This document shows, in pieces, positions 9,419-19,642 of a stretch of DNA of 64,000 nucleotides (its first letter is position 1; each line of letters opens with the position of its first letter). The notes below the pieces were generated by a model that did no database searches, had not been told where the DNA came from, and saw only the letters and a program-made list of their open reading frames with translations. The stretch spans positions 14,725 to 78,724 of the forward strand of contig JACRKH010000021.1 of NCBI GenBank assembly GCA_016235495.1, in the 5' to 3' direction. Made by a program: the position numbers and the translations under genes. The stretch is from Candidatus Woesearchaeota archaeon (GTDB lineage Archaea > Nanobdellota > Nanobdellia > SCGC-AAA011-G17 > GW2011-AR17).

Positions 9419-9420
9419 TC

Positions 9421-9633
9421 TTACTTCACAGCTTCTCTGATATCAGAGGATTTAATGGTCTTTCTCCCAGCATGGTGCGCAAGTCGCAGCGCTTTCTCAC
9501 CAATAACCTGAGCATATTCTTCAAGAACTTCTCTCAGCTTTTCCTTGCCATCATCGGCAACTCTCTCTGCTCCTGCCTTTTTCAGAAGTTTTTCCATCGC
9601 AGCTGCAGGTAAGATTGCTTTTCTCGGAGCCAT
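9421..9633 (-). CDS. Archaeal histone (HMfB-like histone fold), 70 aa
   Basis: MAPRKAILPAAAMEKLLKKAGAERVADDGKEKLREVLEEYAQVIGEKALRLAHHAGRKTIKSSDIREAVK closely matches the archaeal histone consensus (AGAERVSDDA...HAGRKTIK.EDI). I chose the internal Met (M54) of the track ORF as the start. Confidence 0.85.
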   Translation of the reverse strand: MAPRKAILPAAAMEKLLKKAGAERVADDGKEKLREVLEEYAQVIGEKALRLAHHAGRKTIKSSDIREAVK

Positions 9634-9650
9634 AACTCTTTCAAGAGCAT

Positions 9651-9660
9651 AAATATATTT
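9651..9660 (-). promoter_or_regulatory. TATA box (aaatatattt) about 20 nt upstream of the histone ATG, implying a leaderless transcript
   Basis: The sequence motif and spacing. Confidence 0.4.
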
Positions 9661-9902
9661 AAATCCTCCTATTAAACCTATATACTCGAGAATACACAAT
9701 AACGAAATCTTTATAAACAGCCTAATTTTTCTCCAAGGACATGAAAATGCAAACAAAGAATTGCATTTAATACTTAACTTGCGAGAGTTCACACAAAGTG
9801 TCGAACACAGGACAAAGGGTCTTGTTTCTCAAAAAGGCGAGTGCAGGTTCGACGTCTCTAAACCTGCTGTCTGAATAAGACAATTACCGAGTACTGCAAT
9901 AT

Positions 9903-10871
9903 ATGGGACATAAACATCACCCAAGGAGAGGAAGTCTGCAATATTGGCCCCACGTTCGAAGTAGTAAGCATGCTCCTAGAATAAGATCATGGACAGCTTC
10001 TAAAGATAAAAAACTTCTCGGATTCCTAGGATACAAAGTAGGAATGACTCATGTCCTTCTCAAAGAAATTAACCCTAACTCTCCAAGAAAAAATATGGAT
10101 GTCTTCACTCCTGTAACAGTAATTGAATGTCCTCCTCTTAAAACTTATTCTGTTCGTTATTACACACAGAATGAAAATGGTGATCTTGCTCTTACATCTG
10201 AAGTGTTTTCCAAAAAAACAGACAAAGAATTAACAAGAAAATTAAAAATATCTAAGAAAGACAATAAGGCACCAGAACAATTTGATCTTGTAAAAGTCCT
10301 TCTCTACTCTCAACCAAAATTAACGGGGGTAAGAAAGAAGAAGCCAGATATGTTAGAATTTGGTCTTGGAGGAAAAAATCTCCAGGAAAAATCAGAATTT
10401 GCATTATCGCTTCTCGATAAAGAAATAAAAATTTCAGATGTATTTAAGGATGGACAATTCCTTGATGTGCATTCTGTAACAAAGGGAAAAGGTTTCTCCG
10501 GAACAAACAAGAAGTTTGGAGTAAAAAGCCTTCAACACAAATCTGAAAAAGGAACAAGAGGTATCGGTACACTTGGACCATGGCATCCGAATAGAGTAGC
10601 ATACACAGTTGCACAAGCAGGAAAATGGGGATACCACTTAAGAACAGAATATAATAAAGTTGCAGTAAAGATAGGGCATAATCCTAAAGAAATCAATCCT
10701 AAAGGGGGATTTATTAATTATGGTTTTGTAAAGAGTGATTTCATATTAGTGAAAGGATCACTACCAGGAGCAACAAAAAGACCAGTAGGTCTCTCCGAAG
10801 CAATTCGTCCTAAACTAAAATCTCAGTTGAAAACAGTCGCATACATAAGTGTGGAGTCTAAACAAAGATGA
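9903..10871 (+). CDS. rpl3: Ribosomal protein uL3
   Basis: The MGHKHHPRRGSLQYWPHVRS N-terminus is typical of archaeal L3. It is the first gene of the r-protein cluster. Confidence 0.9.
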   Translation: MGHKHHPRRGSLQYWPHVRSSKHAPRIRSWTASKDKKLLGFLGYKVGMTHVLLKEINPNSPRKNMDVFTPVTVIECPPLKTYSVRYYTQNENGDLALTSEVFSKKTDKELTRKLKISKKDNKAPEQFDLVKVLLYSQPKLTGVRKKKPDMLEFGLGGKNLQEKSEFALSLLDKEIKISDVFKDGQFLDVHSVTKGKGFSGTNKKFGVKSLQHKSEKGTRGIGTLGPWHPNRVAYTVAQAGKWGYHLRTEYNKVAVKIGHNPKEINPKGGFINYGFVKSDFILVKGSLPGATKRPVGLSEAIRPKLKSQLKTVAYISVESKQR

Positions 10872-11689
10872 AAGCAGCTCTTGTTCAATTGGATGGAAAG
10901 AAAGGAAAAGAACTTACTCTTCCTAGACAATTCTCTGAAGAGTTTAGACCAGACCTTATCAAAAAAGCTGTATTAGTAGTAAGATCACATAACATTCAAG
11001 CATATGGTACAAGTCCAAATGCAGGAAAAAGGCAATCCTCTTTTATCACAAAGAGAAGAAAAGCATACAAAACAACCTATGGTCGTGGACAATCTCGTAC
11101 TCCAAGAAAAATTCTTTCTCGAAGAGGAATGAATATGTATTATGTTGGTGCCTTTGCGCCGAACACTGTAGGTGGTCGAGTGGCGCATCCTTCTAAAGCA
11201 GAAAGAATATGGGATAGAAAAATGAATATTCAAGAGAGAAGAAAAGCAATAAGAAGTGCTCTCGCAGCAACAATGAATCCAGGCCTAGTAAAAAAGCGTG
11301 GGCATCTTGCCGAGTCTTTCGTTGTAGAAAGCAAAGTTGAAGATATCAAAAAAGCAAAAGAAGTATACACATTCCTTATGAATGCAGGTTTAGAAAAAGA
11401 ACTTGCAAGAATCGCAATTAAAAAAATTAGAGCAGGAAAAGGAAAGAATAGAGGAAGACCTTACAAAAAAAAGAAAGGCCCGCTTTTAGTAGTTTCCAAG
11501 AACTGTGCTCTGCTTCAATCTGCAGCAAACTTACAAGGTGTTGATATCTGTGCAGTAAAAGACTTGAATGCAGAGTTGCTTGCACCAGGAACAGATGCAG
11601 GAAGATTGACTATTTGGTCTGACAAAGCCTTAGAAATTATGGAGAAACAAAATCTTTTTTTCACACAAAAAAAGGAGACTAAGAAATGA
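10868..11689 (+). CDS. rpl4: Ribosomal protein uL4
   Basis: Its position after L3, its length and the archaeal L4 sequence pattern. It overlaps the neighbouring gene by 4 nt. Confidence 0.85.
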   Translation: MKAALVQLDGKKGKELTLPRQFSEEFRPDLIKKAVLVVRSHNIQAYGTSPNAGKRQSSFITKRRKAYKTTYGRGQSRTPRKILSRRGMNMYYVGAFAPNTVGGRVAHPSKAERIWDRKMNIQERRKAIRSALAATMNPGLVKKRGHLAESFVVESKVEDIKKAKEVYTFLMNAGLEKELARIAIKKIRAGKGKNRGRPYKKKKGPLLVVSKNCALLQSAANLQGVDICAVKDLNAELLAPGTDAGRLTIWSDKALEIMEKQNLFFTQKKETKK

Positions 11690-11952
11690 TTGACGACACA
11701 TTTGCAGTATTGAAATATCCTCTTACGACAGAGAAAAATGTGAAGCTCATGCAGAATGAAAACAAACTCGTATTCATAGTTGATAGAAAATCAGACAAAA
11801 TACAAATAAAAAAAGCTGCAGAAGAATTATTCAAAATTAAGGTGGCAAAAGTAACAACAAGTATTTTGCCTTCAGGGCAAAAGAAAGCATACTTAAAGTT
11901 ATCACCAGAAACACCTGCAATGGATGTGGCAACGCAGCTAGGATTGTTATAA
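11686..11952 (+). CDS. rpl23: Ribosomal protein uL23
   Basis: 88 aa at the conserved position. Confidence 0.85.
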   Translation: MIDDTFAVLKYPLTTEKNVKLMQNENKLVFIVDRKSDKIQIKKAAEELFKIKVAKVTTSILPSGQKKAYLKLSPETPAMDVATQLGLL

Positions 11953-11953
11953 A

Positions 11954-12679
11954 ATGGGAAAGAATTTAATCATACAAAGGAGAGGAAGAGGAACTTCCAC
12001 TTATAGAGCACCTAGTCATAGATATTATGGTAAGATTAGTTATAGAAGCTATGATGAAGCAGAAAGAAATGCAGTAACCTATGGAAAAATTGTTGATCTT
12101 CTTGCATGCCCAGGTCATATAGCTCCATTAGCCCAAGTCAAATATGAATCCCAAGAAGAAGTGCTTCTCTCAGCACCATTAAAATTAAAAGTAGGAGATA
12201 TTGTTGCCTCTGGCGCATCGGCTCCTGTACAAATCGGAAATGTTCTCCCTCTAAAAAATATCCCTGAAGGAACAGAAATTTATAATCTTGAATGCCATCC
12301 TGGTGATGGTGGAAAGTTAGTACGAACAGCAGGAGTTTTTGCTCGTGTTATTGGAAAAATGGGTGAAGGAGTATTAGTGCGCCTTCCATCCAAGAAACAA
12401 AAATTATTCGTAGGCGATTGTCGTGCAACCATTGGTGTTATTGCTGGTGATGGAAGAATGGAAAAGCCTTTCTTGAAAGCAGGGAAGCGCATGCATGCAA
12501 TGAGAGCAAGAAATAAACTCTATCCACAAACTTCCGGAGTAGCAATGAATGCTGTAGACCATCCATTTGGATCTGGAAGAGGAAGACATGCAGGGAAACC
12601 TAAGACTGCACCTCGTTGGGCTCCATCTGGGAGAAATGTTGGATTGATAAGAGCAAGAAGAACAGGAAGAAGGAGATAA
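11954..12679 (+). CDS. rpl2: Ribosomal protein uL2
   Basis: A conserved GRNxxGxITxRHxGGGHK-like C-terminus (GSGRGRHAGKPK). Confidence 0.9.
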   Translation: MGKNLIIQRRGRGTSTYRAPSHRYYGKISYRSYDEAERNAVTYGKIVDLLACPGHIAPLAQVKYESQEEVLLSAPLKLKVGDIVASGASAPVQIGNVLPLKNIPEGTEIYNLECHPGDGGKLVRTAGVFARVIGKMGEGVLVRLPSKKQKLFVGDCRATIGVIAGDGRMEKPFLKAGKRMHAMRARNKLYPQTSGVAMNAVDHPFGSGRGRHAGKPKTAPRWAPSGRNVGLIRARRTGRRR

Positions 12680-12680
12680 A

Positions 12681-13079
12681 ATGGCAAAAAAAGACTTTAG
12701 CTATCGTGGAAAAACAATAGAAGAGCTCCAAGCAATGAATACTTCAGAGTTCGTAAAGCTCCTTCCCTCCAGACAAAGAAGAAGCCTCACAAGAGGATTT
12801 TCTGAAATGCAAAAAAGATTGCTTTTAAAAATCAAAAAAACCAAAGAAGGAAAATACAAGAAACCAATAAAGACACATTGTAGAGACATGCTCATCATAC
12901 CAGAAATGTTAGGTGTAAATATTCATGTGCATTCAGGAAAAGCATACTTACAAATAGAAATAATTCCAGAAATGCTTGGAAGGTACTTAGGAGAAATGGT
13001 GCTTACAAGAACAAGAGTGGCGCACTCCGCACCAGGGATAGGAGCAACAAAATCTAGCTCTGCTGCATCAGTGAAATAA
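12681..13079 (+). CDS. rps19: Ribosomal protein uS19
   Basis: Conserved order and sequence. Confidence 0.85.
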   Translation: MAKKDFSYRGKTIEELQAMNTSEFVKLLPSRQRRSLTRGFSEMQKRLLLKIKKTKEGKYKKPIKTHCRDMLIIPEMLGVNIHVHSGKAYLQIEIIPEMLGRYLGEMVLTRTRVAHSAPGIGATKSSSAASVK

Positions 13080-13081
13080 AA

Positions 13082-13558
13082 ATGGAAATGAAACAACATA
13101 CTGCAACTGCAAGAGGAACTAATCTGGGTATTTCATGGAAGTTTGCTGTAGAAGTAGCAAAGTTCATCCAAGGAAGAAAGCTAACAAATGCAAAGAAGAT
13201 CCTTGGAGAAGTACTTGAGAAAAAGACTGCAGTTCCGTTCACAAGATATAATATGGATCTTGGTCACAAGCGTGGTCCAATGGGTCCAGGAAGATATCCC
13301 ATGAAAGCAGCAGAAGAGATATTATCCTTACTCAATTCAGCAGAAATGAATGCAAATAATAAAGGGCTTGATCAGGATAGCTTGTTCGTGTTAAGTGCCA
13401 TGGCAAATAAAGGGAGCACACAAATGCGTGCTGGTCGTCACAGAGGAAGACACGCAAAACGAACACACTTTGTAGTAATCCTTGCAGAAAAAGAGAAAAA
13501 GAGTGCTGAGAAGAAAGAACAAAATAAAACAAAGAAGGGAGAGAAGAAGACCAAATGA
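13082..13558 (+). CDS. rpl22: Ribosomal protein uL22 with a K/E-rich tail
   Basis: Conserved order and sequence. Confidence 0.85.
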   Translation: MEMKQHTATARGTNLGISWKFAVEVAKFIQGRKLTNAKKILGEVLEKKTAVPFTRYNMDLGHKRGPMGPGRYPMKAAEEILSLLNSAEMNANNKGLDQDSLFVLSAMANKGSTQMRAGRHRGRHAKRTHFVVILAEKEKKSAEKKEQNKTKKGEKKTK

Positions 13559-14319
13559 TTGAGCGAAAATTTGTTGCGGAAAAAATGAAAGAGTACCTGG
13601 TAAATCAATATCTCTATAAAGAACTAGGACCAGGAAAATACAGTTCCTTTGAAATAAAAAGAACCCCTCTTGGTGAAAGAATAATCATCTATACTGCTCG
13701 CCCAGGTCTCATCGTAGGAAAAGGTGGAGAAAATATCAAAGATCTTACTCGTGTATTCAAAATGAGATTCAAAATGGAGAATCCTCAAATTGAAGTTGCT
13801 GAAATAGGAAATCCAAGTCTTGATGCACAAACTATGGCAGAACAGATTGTAACTGTTCTTGAAAGATTTGGCCCAAAAAGATTCAAATCTGTAGGATATA
13901 AAACTCTTCAAAGAATTATTGATGCAGGCGCAATGGGTTCAGAAATTGTGATAGGTGGAAGAGGTCTTCCTGGTGCACGTGCGAAATCTTGGAGATTTTA
14001 TGCAGGATACTTAAAAAAATCTGGAGATATCTCCATGTCAAAAGTTGCATATGGGGAGGCGACAGCAAACTTAAATTCTGGAAGTGTGGGAGTAAAAGTA
14101 AAAATCCTTCCACCAAATACTGCCCTTCCAGATAGAATAAATCTCATTGAACAGAAACCTCAAACAATTCAAGTTGAAGAGATAAAAACAGAAGCAGTCA
14201 CTGAAGCTCCTGCAGAAGCAGAAGAAAAACCTAAAAAGAAAGTAGTAAAGAAAAAATCTGCTCCTAAAAAAGTAAAAAAAGAAGAAGCAAAAACGAAAGA
14301 AAATGAAGATCAAGAATAG
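13555..14319 (+). CDS. rps3: Ribosomal protein uS3 (KH domain) with a K-rich C-terminal tail
   Basis: A KH motif (GRPGLIVGKGGENIKDL) and the conserved order. Confidence 0.9.
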   Translation: MIERKFVAEKMKEYLVNQYLYKELGPGKYSSFEIKRTPLGERIIIYTARPGLIVGKGGENIKDLTRVFKMRFKMENPQIEVAEIGNPSLDAQTMAEQIVTVLERFGPKRFKSVGYKTLQRIIDAGAMGSEIVIGGRGLPGARAKSWRFYAGYLKKSGDISMSKVAYGEATANLNSGSVGVKVKILPPNTALPDRINLIEQKPQTIQVEEIKTEAVTEAPAEAEEKPKKKVVKKKSAPKKVKKEEAKTKENEDQE

Positions 14320-14512
14320 TGAACTCCGGAAAATGAATAAAGAAGAGCTCGAGAAAAAGCTCATGGAAGTAAGGAAAGACCTTGTTAAAATAAATGCTCA
14401 AGTAGCCGCAGGTACCATCCCAGAAAATCCTGGAAATGTTAAAAATGTTAAAAAAACTGTAGCAAGGATATTAACAATGATCACGGAGGCTGGCAAGAAA
14501 AGCAATGAGTGA
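14303..14512 (+). CDS. rpl29: Ribosomal protein uL29
   Basis: 69 aa with the ELRKMNKEEL pattern. Confidence 0.8.
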   Translation: MKIKNSELRKMNKEELEKKLMEVRKDLVKINAQVAAGTIPENPGNVKNVKKTVARILTMITEAGKKSNE

Positions 14513-14825
14513 AATTTGCTCTAAATGTGGTTTACCTCAAGAACTCTGTGTTTGCGAATCAATAGCAAAAGAGGAGCAGAAAATTGAGATAAAGCTCGTT
14601 AAGCGAAGGTTTGGAAAACTGATAACAGTTATTTCAGGCATCGATGACAAGACCATCAACATCAAAGAGCTTTCAAAGAAACTCAAATCAAAGCTTGCTT
14701 GCGGAGGAACCTCAAAGGATAAAGTCATTGAACTTCAAGGAGATCACCTCGAGAAAGCAAAAAAATACATCATCGAGGAAGGATTTTCATCAAGTTCAAT
14801 AACCCTCGTGAATGAAACAAGATGA
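14505..14825 (+). CDS. Translation initiation factor SUI1 (aSUI1/eIF1)
   Basis: An N-terminal Zn ribbon (CSKCGLPQELCVC) and the SUI1 core (KRRFGKLITVISGI...CGGTSKD...IELQGDH). Confidence 0.85.
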   Translation: MSEICSKCGLPQELCVCESIAKEEQKIEIKLVKRRFGKLITVISGIDDKTINIKELSKKLKSKLACGGTSKDKVIELQGDHLEKAKKYIIEEGFSSSSITLVNETR

Positions 14826-15082
14826 GATCACCAAAAAACATCTCACGCCATGAACTGATTGGCCTCTGGGTTGTGGTGGTTGATGCACAAAACAAAAGCC
14901 TTCAAGGTCTCGAAGGGGAAATTGTCGATGAGACGAAATCAACTTTGAGAATTAAAACAAAGAATGGAGAAAAATCTGTTTTGAAAAAAGGAGCAGACTT
15001 TAAAGTGAACCTTGACGGCCAAGAAATCATAATCAAAGGAGATATTTTGGTTGGAAGACCAGAAGACCGAATAAAAAAATGA
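14822..15082 (+). CDS. rnp1: RNase P protein subunit Rpp29 (Pop4)
   Basis: HELIGLWVVVVDAQNKSLQGLEGEIVDETKSTLRI matches Rpp29. Its position between SUI1 and S17 is typical of archaea. Confidence 0.8.
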   Translation: MRSPKNISRHELIGLWVVVVDAQNKSLQGLEGEIVDETKSTLRIKTKNGEKSVLKKGADFKVNLDGQEIIIKGDILVGRPEDRIKK

Positions 15083-15411
15083 AAACAAAAACAAAGAATG
15101 TTGGAATGGGAATAGTTTCACCTAGTAAACACTGTGAAGATAAACATTGCCCTTTCCATGGAGACATTCAACTGCACGGAAAAACATTTGTAGGAAGAAT
15201 AATTAAAAAAAATCCTCATAAAACTGTAAATGTAGAGTGGGCAAGAATAGTATTCCTTCCAAAATTCGAGAGATATACAAAAAAGAGATCCCGAGTAAAA
15301 GCACATAATCCTAGTTGCATCGATGCAAATATTGGCGATGAAGTAACAATAATTGAGACAAGACCAATAAGTAAAACAAAGAATTTTGTAGTGGTGGGGA
15401 TTAACAAATGA
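15079..15411 (+). CDS. rps17: Ribosomal protein uS17
   Basis: Conserved order and sequence. Confidence 0.85.
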   Translation: MKTKTKNVGMGIVSPSKHCEDKHCPFHGDIQLHGKTFVGRIIKKNPHKTVNVEWARIVFLPKFERYTKKRSRVKAHNPSCIDANIGDEVTIIETRPISKTKNFVVVGINK

Positions 15412-15809
15412 AAGCATTAAGCGGATTCAAAGTAAGAGGACTGCCAGTAGGTGCAGAAGTTCCTACTTGTGATAACTCTGGAGCAAAAGTTGTAAAAATT
15501 ATTAGTGTTAAAGGGCACAAAACAGTGAGAAGAAGAATTGCTTCAGCAGGGGTTGGTGATCTCATCAAAGCATCCGTAATAAAAGGAAAACCAGAAATGA
15601 GAAAACAAGTAGTCTCCGCAATTGTAGTTCGCCAGAAAAAAGAATACAGACGCCCAAATGGCACAAGAATTAAGTTTGAAGATAATGCTGTCATTGTATT
15701 AAAAGATGATAAAGGAACTCCGAAAGGAACAATTTTCAAAGGTGCAGTTGCAAAAGAAGCTGCAGAAAGATGGCCTGGTATCTCAAAAGTATCCAGCGCA
15801 GTGGTATAA
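15408..15809 (+). CDS. rpl14: Ribosomal protein uL14
   Basis: Conserved order and sequence. Confidence 0.9.
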   Translation: MKALSGFKVRGLPVGAEVPTCDNSGAKVVKIISVKGHKTVRRRIASAGVGDLIKASVIKGKPEMRKQVVSAIVVRQKKEYRRPNGTRIKFEDNAVIVLKDDKGTPKGTIFKGAVAKEAAERWPGISKVSSAVV

Positions 15810-15812
15810 AAA

Positions 15813-16217
15813 ATGAAAAATGAATGGTCAAAAAGTTGGAACGCAAGCATTCGTCCTGCAAAGCAGAGAAAATACAAATACAATGCTCCACTCCACATAA
15901 AACATAATCTCCTATCTGCACATCTCAGCCCAGAGTTGAGAAAAAAGCATGAAACAAGAGCAACAACACTAAGAAAAGGAGACCAGGTAAAGATACTTGC
16001 TGGTCAATTCAGAAAGAAAACTGGAAAGGTTAATAAAGTCCTCATTAAAAATCAAAAGGTATACATCGAGGGGATAGAGACGATCAAGAAAGATGGAAGC
16101 AAAGCATTTGTTCCAATACATCCAAGTAACCTTATGATTACAGAATTAGACCTTGCGGATAAACGAAGAAAGGTCAAGGGTAAAGCAAAGAAAGAAAAGA
16201 AACAGGAGAAAAAATAG
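15813..16217 (+). CDS. rpl24: Ribosomal protein uL24 (KOW) with a K-rich tail
   Basis: A KOW motif, KGDQVKILAGQFRKKTGKV. Confidence 0.85.
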   Translation: MKNEWSKSWNASIRPAKQRKYKYNAPLHIKHNLLSAHLSPELRKKHETRATTLRKGDQVKILAGQFRKKTGKVNKVLIKNQKVYIEGIETIKKDGSKAFVPIHPSNLMITELDLADKRRKVKGKAKKEKKQEKK

Positions 16218-16218
16218 A

Positions 16219-16902
16219 ATGGTCAAAAATCACTTATCTCGCTTGAATGCACCAAAGAGTTGGCCTCTAAAGAGGAAAGGAATAAAATTTGTAACCCGCC
16301 CTAGTGCAGGTCCTCACTCATTAAAGGAATCGACATCATTGTCCTTGGTGCTTACAAACATACTCAAGTACGCTCGTACAAGAAAAGAAGTTAAAAAAAT
16401 ATTAAATGATGGAAAAATCCTGGTAAATGGAAAGCTACAAAAAGATCACACCTTCCCAATAGGGTTATTGGATATAATTTCAATACCAAGTCTAAATGAA
16501 TACTACAGGGTATTCTACAACACATTAGGAAAATTCCAACTTCTTGCATTGAAAGAAGAAGAAAGCGATCTGAGAGTTGTAAGAATAAAAGATAAGTCCG
16601 TTATTGCATATGGAAAGATTCAACTGAACAATACTGATGGTTCAAATATAATCCTCGATAAGAATGCATATGCAACAGGAGACACTTTATTTCTATCCTT
16701 CAAAGATGGAAAAATCAAAGAACACCTTACTCTAGGAAAAGGAATGAGAGTATATATGACTGGTGGAACAAAGAGAGGGGTAGTGGCTACAGTAGAGGAA
16801 TTTAAAGATAAAAATATTATCATAAAAACTGATGGAGAGATATTCGAAACAGCAAAACGATATGCACTTGCAATCGGAAAGCTGCGAACACTTGAGCAAT
16901 GA
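16219..16902 (+). CDS. rps4e: Ribosomal protein eS4
   Basis: The archaeal S4e N-terminus (MVKNHLSRLNAPKSW). I moved the start to the in-frame ATG immediately after the L24 stop. Confidence 0.85.
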   Translation: MVKNHLSRLNAPKSWPLKRKGIKFVTRPSAGPHSLKESTSLSLVLTNILKYARTRKEVKKILNDGKILVNGKLQKDHTFPIGLLDIISIPSLNEYYRVFYNTLGKFQLLALKEEESDLRVVRIKDKSVIAYGKIQLNNTDGSNIILDKNAYATGDTLFLSFKDGKIKEHLTLGKGMRVYMTGGTKRGVVATVEEFKDKNIIIKTDGEIFETAKRYALAIGKLRTLEQ

Positions 16903-17423
16903 ATAAAATGAAAGAAATCGAAGTAGAGAAGCTTACTATGAACATAGGTACAGGAAAACCTGGACCTGAGTTAGAAAAAGCAAAAATCTTACTCAACAAA
17001 CTTACTGGTTTGAAACCTTCAGAAACGATTACAAAGAAAAGAATTCCTACATGGGGTTTAAGACCAAACTTGGTTATTGGATGTAAAGCAACATTAAGGG
17101 GGGAAAAAGCAAATCAGATGCTCACTATACTCTTAGCTGCAAAAGACAAATCTCTTGCTGCCCGTTCATTTGATAATTATGGAAACTTTTCCTTTGGGAT
17201 AAAAGAATACTTAGATGTTTCAACATTAAACTACATTCCAGAGGTGGGAATTATTGGATTTGAAGTTGCAGTAACACTTCAAAGAAAAGGCTTCAGAATA
17301 AAGAGAAGAGGTCTGAAGAAAAGATCTATCCCACAAAGACATGCTATTTCAAAACAAGAAGCAATTGACTTTGCAAAAAAACAATTAGGCATTAATGTGC
17401 TCGAAAAAGAGGAGGAAGAATAA
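16899..17423 (+). CDS. rpl5: Ribosomal protein uL5
   Basis: Conserved order and sequence. Confidence 0.85.
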   Translation: MNKMKEIEVEKLTMNIGTGKPGPELEKAKILLNKLTGLKPSETITKKRIPTWGLRPNLVIGCKATLRGEKANQMLTILLAAKDKSLAARSFDNYGNFSFGIKEYLDVSTLNYIPEVGIIGFEVAVTLQRKGFRIKRRGLKKRSIPQRHAISKQEAIDFAKKQLGINVLEKEEEE

Positions 17424-17653
17424 TGACAGCAGGCAACTACAAAAAGGTTTTCAAACAGTTAAAGAATAAGCCTGTGGTAATGAAAAAATTCATAAAACAT
17501 AATGCTCCAAAACCAAGAAAGTTTGGAATAAACTCTAAACCCTGTAAAATTTGCGGAAGGTTGGGTGCTCATATACAAAAATATAAACTCGACATTTGCA
17601 GACAATGCTTTAGAGATAATGCAACAAAATTAGGATTCAGGAAATACTACTAA
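17423..17653 (+). CDS. rps14: Ribosomal protein uS14 (Zn-ribbon type)
   Basis: A CKICGR...CRQCFR motif. Confidence 0.8.
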   Translation: MTAGNYKKVFKQLKNKPVVMKKFIKHNAPKPRKFGINSKPCKICGRLGAHIQKYKLDICRQCFRDNATKLGFRKYY

Positions 17654-17654
17654 A

Positions 17655-18047
17655 ATGGCAATGAACGATACTTTGGCAGCAGCTTTGAGCAATATACTCA
17701 ATGCAGAGAAAGTTGGAAAACCCTCTTGTATAGTGAAACCTATATCTAAGATCACAAAAGCAGTATTTGATATAATGAAGGAAAATCATTACATAGGAGA
17801 ATACACTATTGTTGACGATGGAAAAGGGGGATACTTTGAAATAAATCTTATAGGTGGAATTAACAAATGTGGAGCAATCAAACCAAGATTCTCTGCAAGA
17901 ATGGAGGAATATGATAAGTTCGAAAAAAGATTCCTTCTATCCAAAGATTTTGGGCTTATGATTGTGTCCACTTCACAAGGGATTATGACACAAATTCAAG
18001 CAAAAGAAAAAAATATTGGGGGGAAGCTCTTAGCTTACATATACTAA
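17655..18047 (+). CDS. rps8: Ribosomal protein uS8
   Basis: Conserved order and sequence. Confidence 0.85.
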   Translation: MAMNDTLAAALSNILNAEKVGKPSCIVKPISKITKAVFDIMKENHYIGEYTIVDDGKGGYFEINLIGGINKCGAIKPRFSARMEEYDKFEKRFLLSKDFGLMIVSTSQGIMTQIQAKEKNIGGKLLAYIY

Positions 18048-18048
18048 A

Positions 18049-18594
18049 ATGATAGAAGAAAAAAGACTGAGGAAGGAGATAATCATTCCTCAAGGTGTTG
18101 AGGTTGAACTAGCTGAGAATTTCACAGTAAAGAAAAATAAAAATGAAATTAGTAAAAGGCTTTTCCATCCTACAGTTGAGTTAAAAAAAGAAGAAGGAAA
18201 AATAGTAATCCACCCTAAAAGATTCACAAAGAGAGAAAAGAAAATAATCAATACATTCCGATCACACATAAGAAATATGTTCAAAGGCGTTCAAGAGCCA
18301 TACGAATACAAATTAAAAATTTGCGCAAGTCACTTTCCTATGACTGTAACAGTTGAAGGAAAAAATCTTATCGTAAAGAATTTCCTTGGAGAAAAAGTTC
18401 CAAGAACAGCAGTAATCTTGCCCAATGCTGAAGTAAAAATTGAAGGGGATGTGATTTTAATCACGTCACCAGATAAAGAAATTGCTGGTCAAACTGCAGC
18501 AAATTTCGAGCAGTGCACAAGAATAACGAACAAGGATAGAAGGATATTTCAGGATGGGATATGGATCATCAAAAAAGGAGACAAAGTGTTTTAA
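18049..18594 (+). CDS. rpl6: Ribosomal protein uL6
   Basis: Conserved order and sequence. Confidence 0.85.
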   Translation: MIEEKRLRKEIIIPQGVEVELAENFTVKKNKNEISKRLFHPTVELKKEEGKIVIHPKRFTKREKKIINTFRSHIRNMFKGVQEPYEYKLKICASHFPMTVTVEGKNLIVKNFLGEKVPRTAVILPNAEVKIEGDVILITSPDKEIAGQTAANFEQCTRITNKDRRIFQDGIWIIKKGDKVF

Positions 18595-19190
18595 TGGTCA
18601 ACCTAAAATCCCTTTTAGAATTGAGAAAAGCAATCAATGCAAAGAAGCCAACCTTCCTGAGACAGGATGCTCATAGAAATAAGAGCCTTGAAAAGAAATG
18701 GAGAAAACCAAATGGTTTGCACTCAAAGATTAGATTAAAAATGCGTGGAAGAAGAGTTATGCCCTCTCCAGGCTATGCCTCTCCGCGTCTCGTAAGAGGA
18801 TTGACTAGAGAAGGTCTTGTGCCACACATGGTAAATAACCTCAAAGACTTGGCTCATTTTGATCCAAAAACAGAGATTGTGGTTATCGCACATGTTGGAG
18901 CAAAGAAAAAAGTTGCAATATTAAAAGTATGTTTAGAAAAGAAATATCCAATTTCACGATTAAAAGCACCTGAGGCTTTCGTCAAAAAAGTAGAAGATAC
19001 TCTTGCTTTGAAGAAAAAGAAGCAGAAAGAGTCTGAGGAAAAGAAAAAGAAATCAAAAGAAGAAAGTTTGAAGAAAGCAAAAGAAACAAAAGAAGAAGAA
19101 AAGAAAGAAACTCCTGCAGAAGAAGGAAAAGAAGAAACAAAGAAAGGAGAAAAGAGCGATAAAATCAAGGTCTTGGAGAAAAAACAATGA
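18594..19190 (+). CDS. rpl32e: Ribosomal protein eL32 with a long K/E-rich C-terminal extension
   Basis: Its start (MVNLKSLLELRK) overlaps the L6 stop in a TAATG arrangement. Confidence 0.8.
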   Translation: MVNLKSLLELRKAINAKKPTFLRQDAHRNKSLEKKWRKPNGLHSKIRLKMRGRRVMPSPGYASPRLVRGLTREGLVPHMVNNLKDLAHFDPKTEIVVIAHVGAKKKVAILKVCLEKKYPISRLKAPEAFVKKVEDTLALKKKKQKESEEKKKKSKEESLKKAKETKEEEKKETPAEEGKEETKKGEKSDKIKVLEKKQ

Positions 19191-19642
19191 ACATATCTAA
19201 CCAAAGAGAAATGAGTGCAAAGATGCTCGGTGTGGGAAAGAGCAAAGTCTGGTTCAATGCAGATCGTATCTCCGAAGTCAAAGAAGCAATTACAAAGCAT
19301 GATATTCGCAGTCTTATCAAGAAAAAAGTAATCCAAAGAAAACCAGAACTGCACAGTTCACGTGTTCGTGCAAGGAAAAGGCTTGTACAAAGAAGAAAAG
19401 GTCGCCAGAAAGGACCAGGAACAAAAAAAGGAACAAGTACATCACGATTAGGGAGAAAAGAAGCATGGATGATTACAGTAAGAGGACAGAGAGCGTTCAT
19501 TAAAGAGCTTCGAGTAAAAGATCACATTACAGTCTTAACATACAGAAACCTTTACTCCAAAGTAAAGGGGGGATATTTCAGAAACAAAAGACACATCAAA
19601 TTATACTTAATTGAGCATAAGCTTGGTCAGGAAAAGAAATGA
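19187..19642 (+). CDS. rpl19e: Ribosomal protein eL19
   Basis: Conserved order and sequence. Confidence 0.85.
   Translation: MNISNQREMSAKMLGVGKSKVWFNADRISEVKEAITKHDIRSLIKKKVIQRKPELHSSRVRARKRLVQRRKGRQKGPGTKKGTSTSRLGRKEAWMITVRGQRAFIKELRVKDHITVLTYRNLYSKVKGGYFRNKRHIKLYLIEHKLGQEKK

Noticed and set aside
9793-9902. A possible small RNA or hairpin (gcaggttcgacgtctctaaacctgc) upstream of rpl3
   Set aside because: It is only a short imperfect inverted repeat with no tRNA-like or known ncRNA structure. It is more likely a 5' leader or operator element of the r-protein operon, and I cannot support it further.
18960-19190. AAGAAG/GAAAAG-rich DNA in the eL32 and eL14 (25900-26050) tails that looks like a tandem repeat
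   Set aside because: It is in-frame coding sequence for Lys/Glu-rich protein tails, not a non-coding microsatellite.
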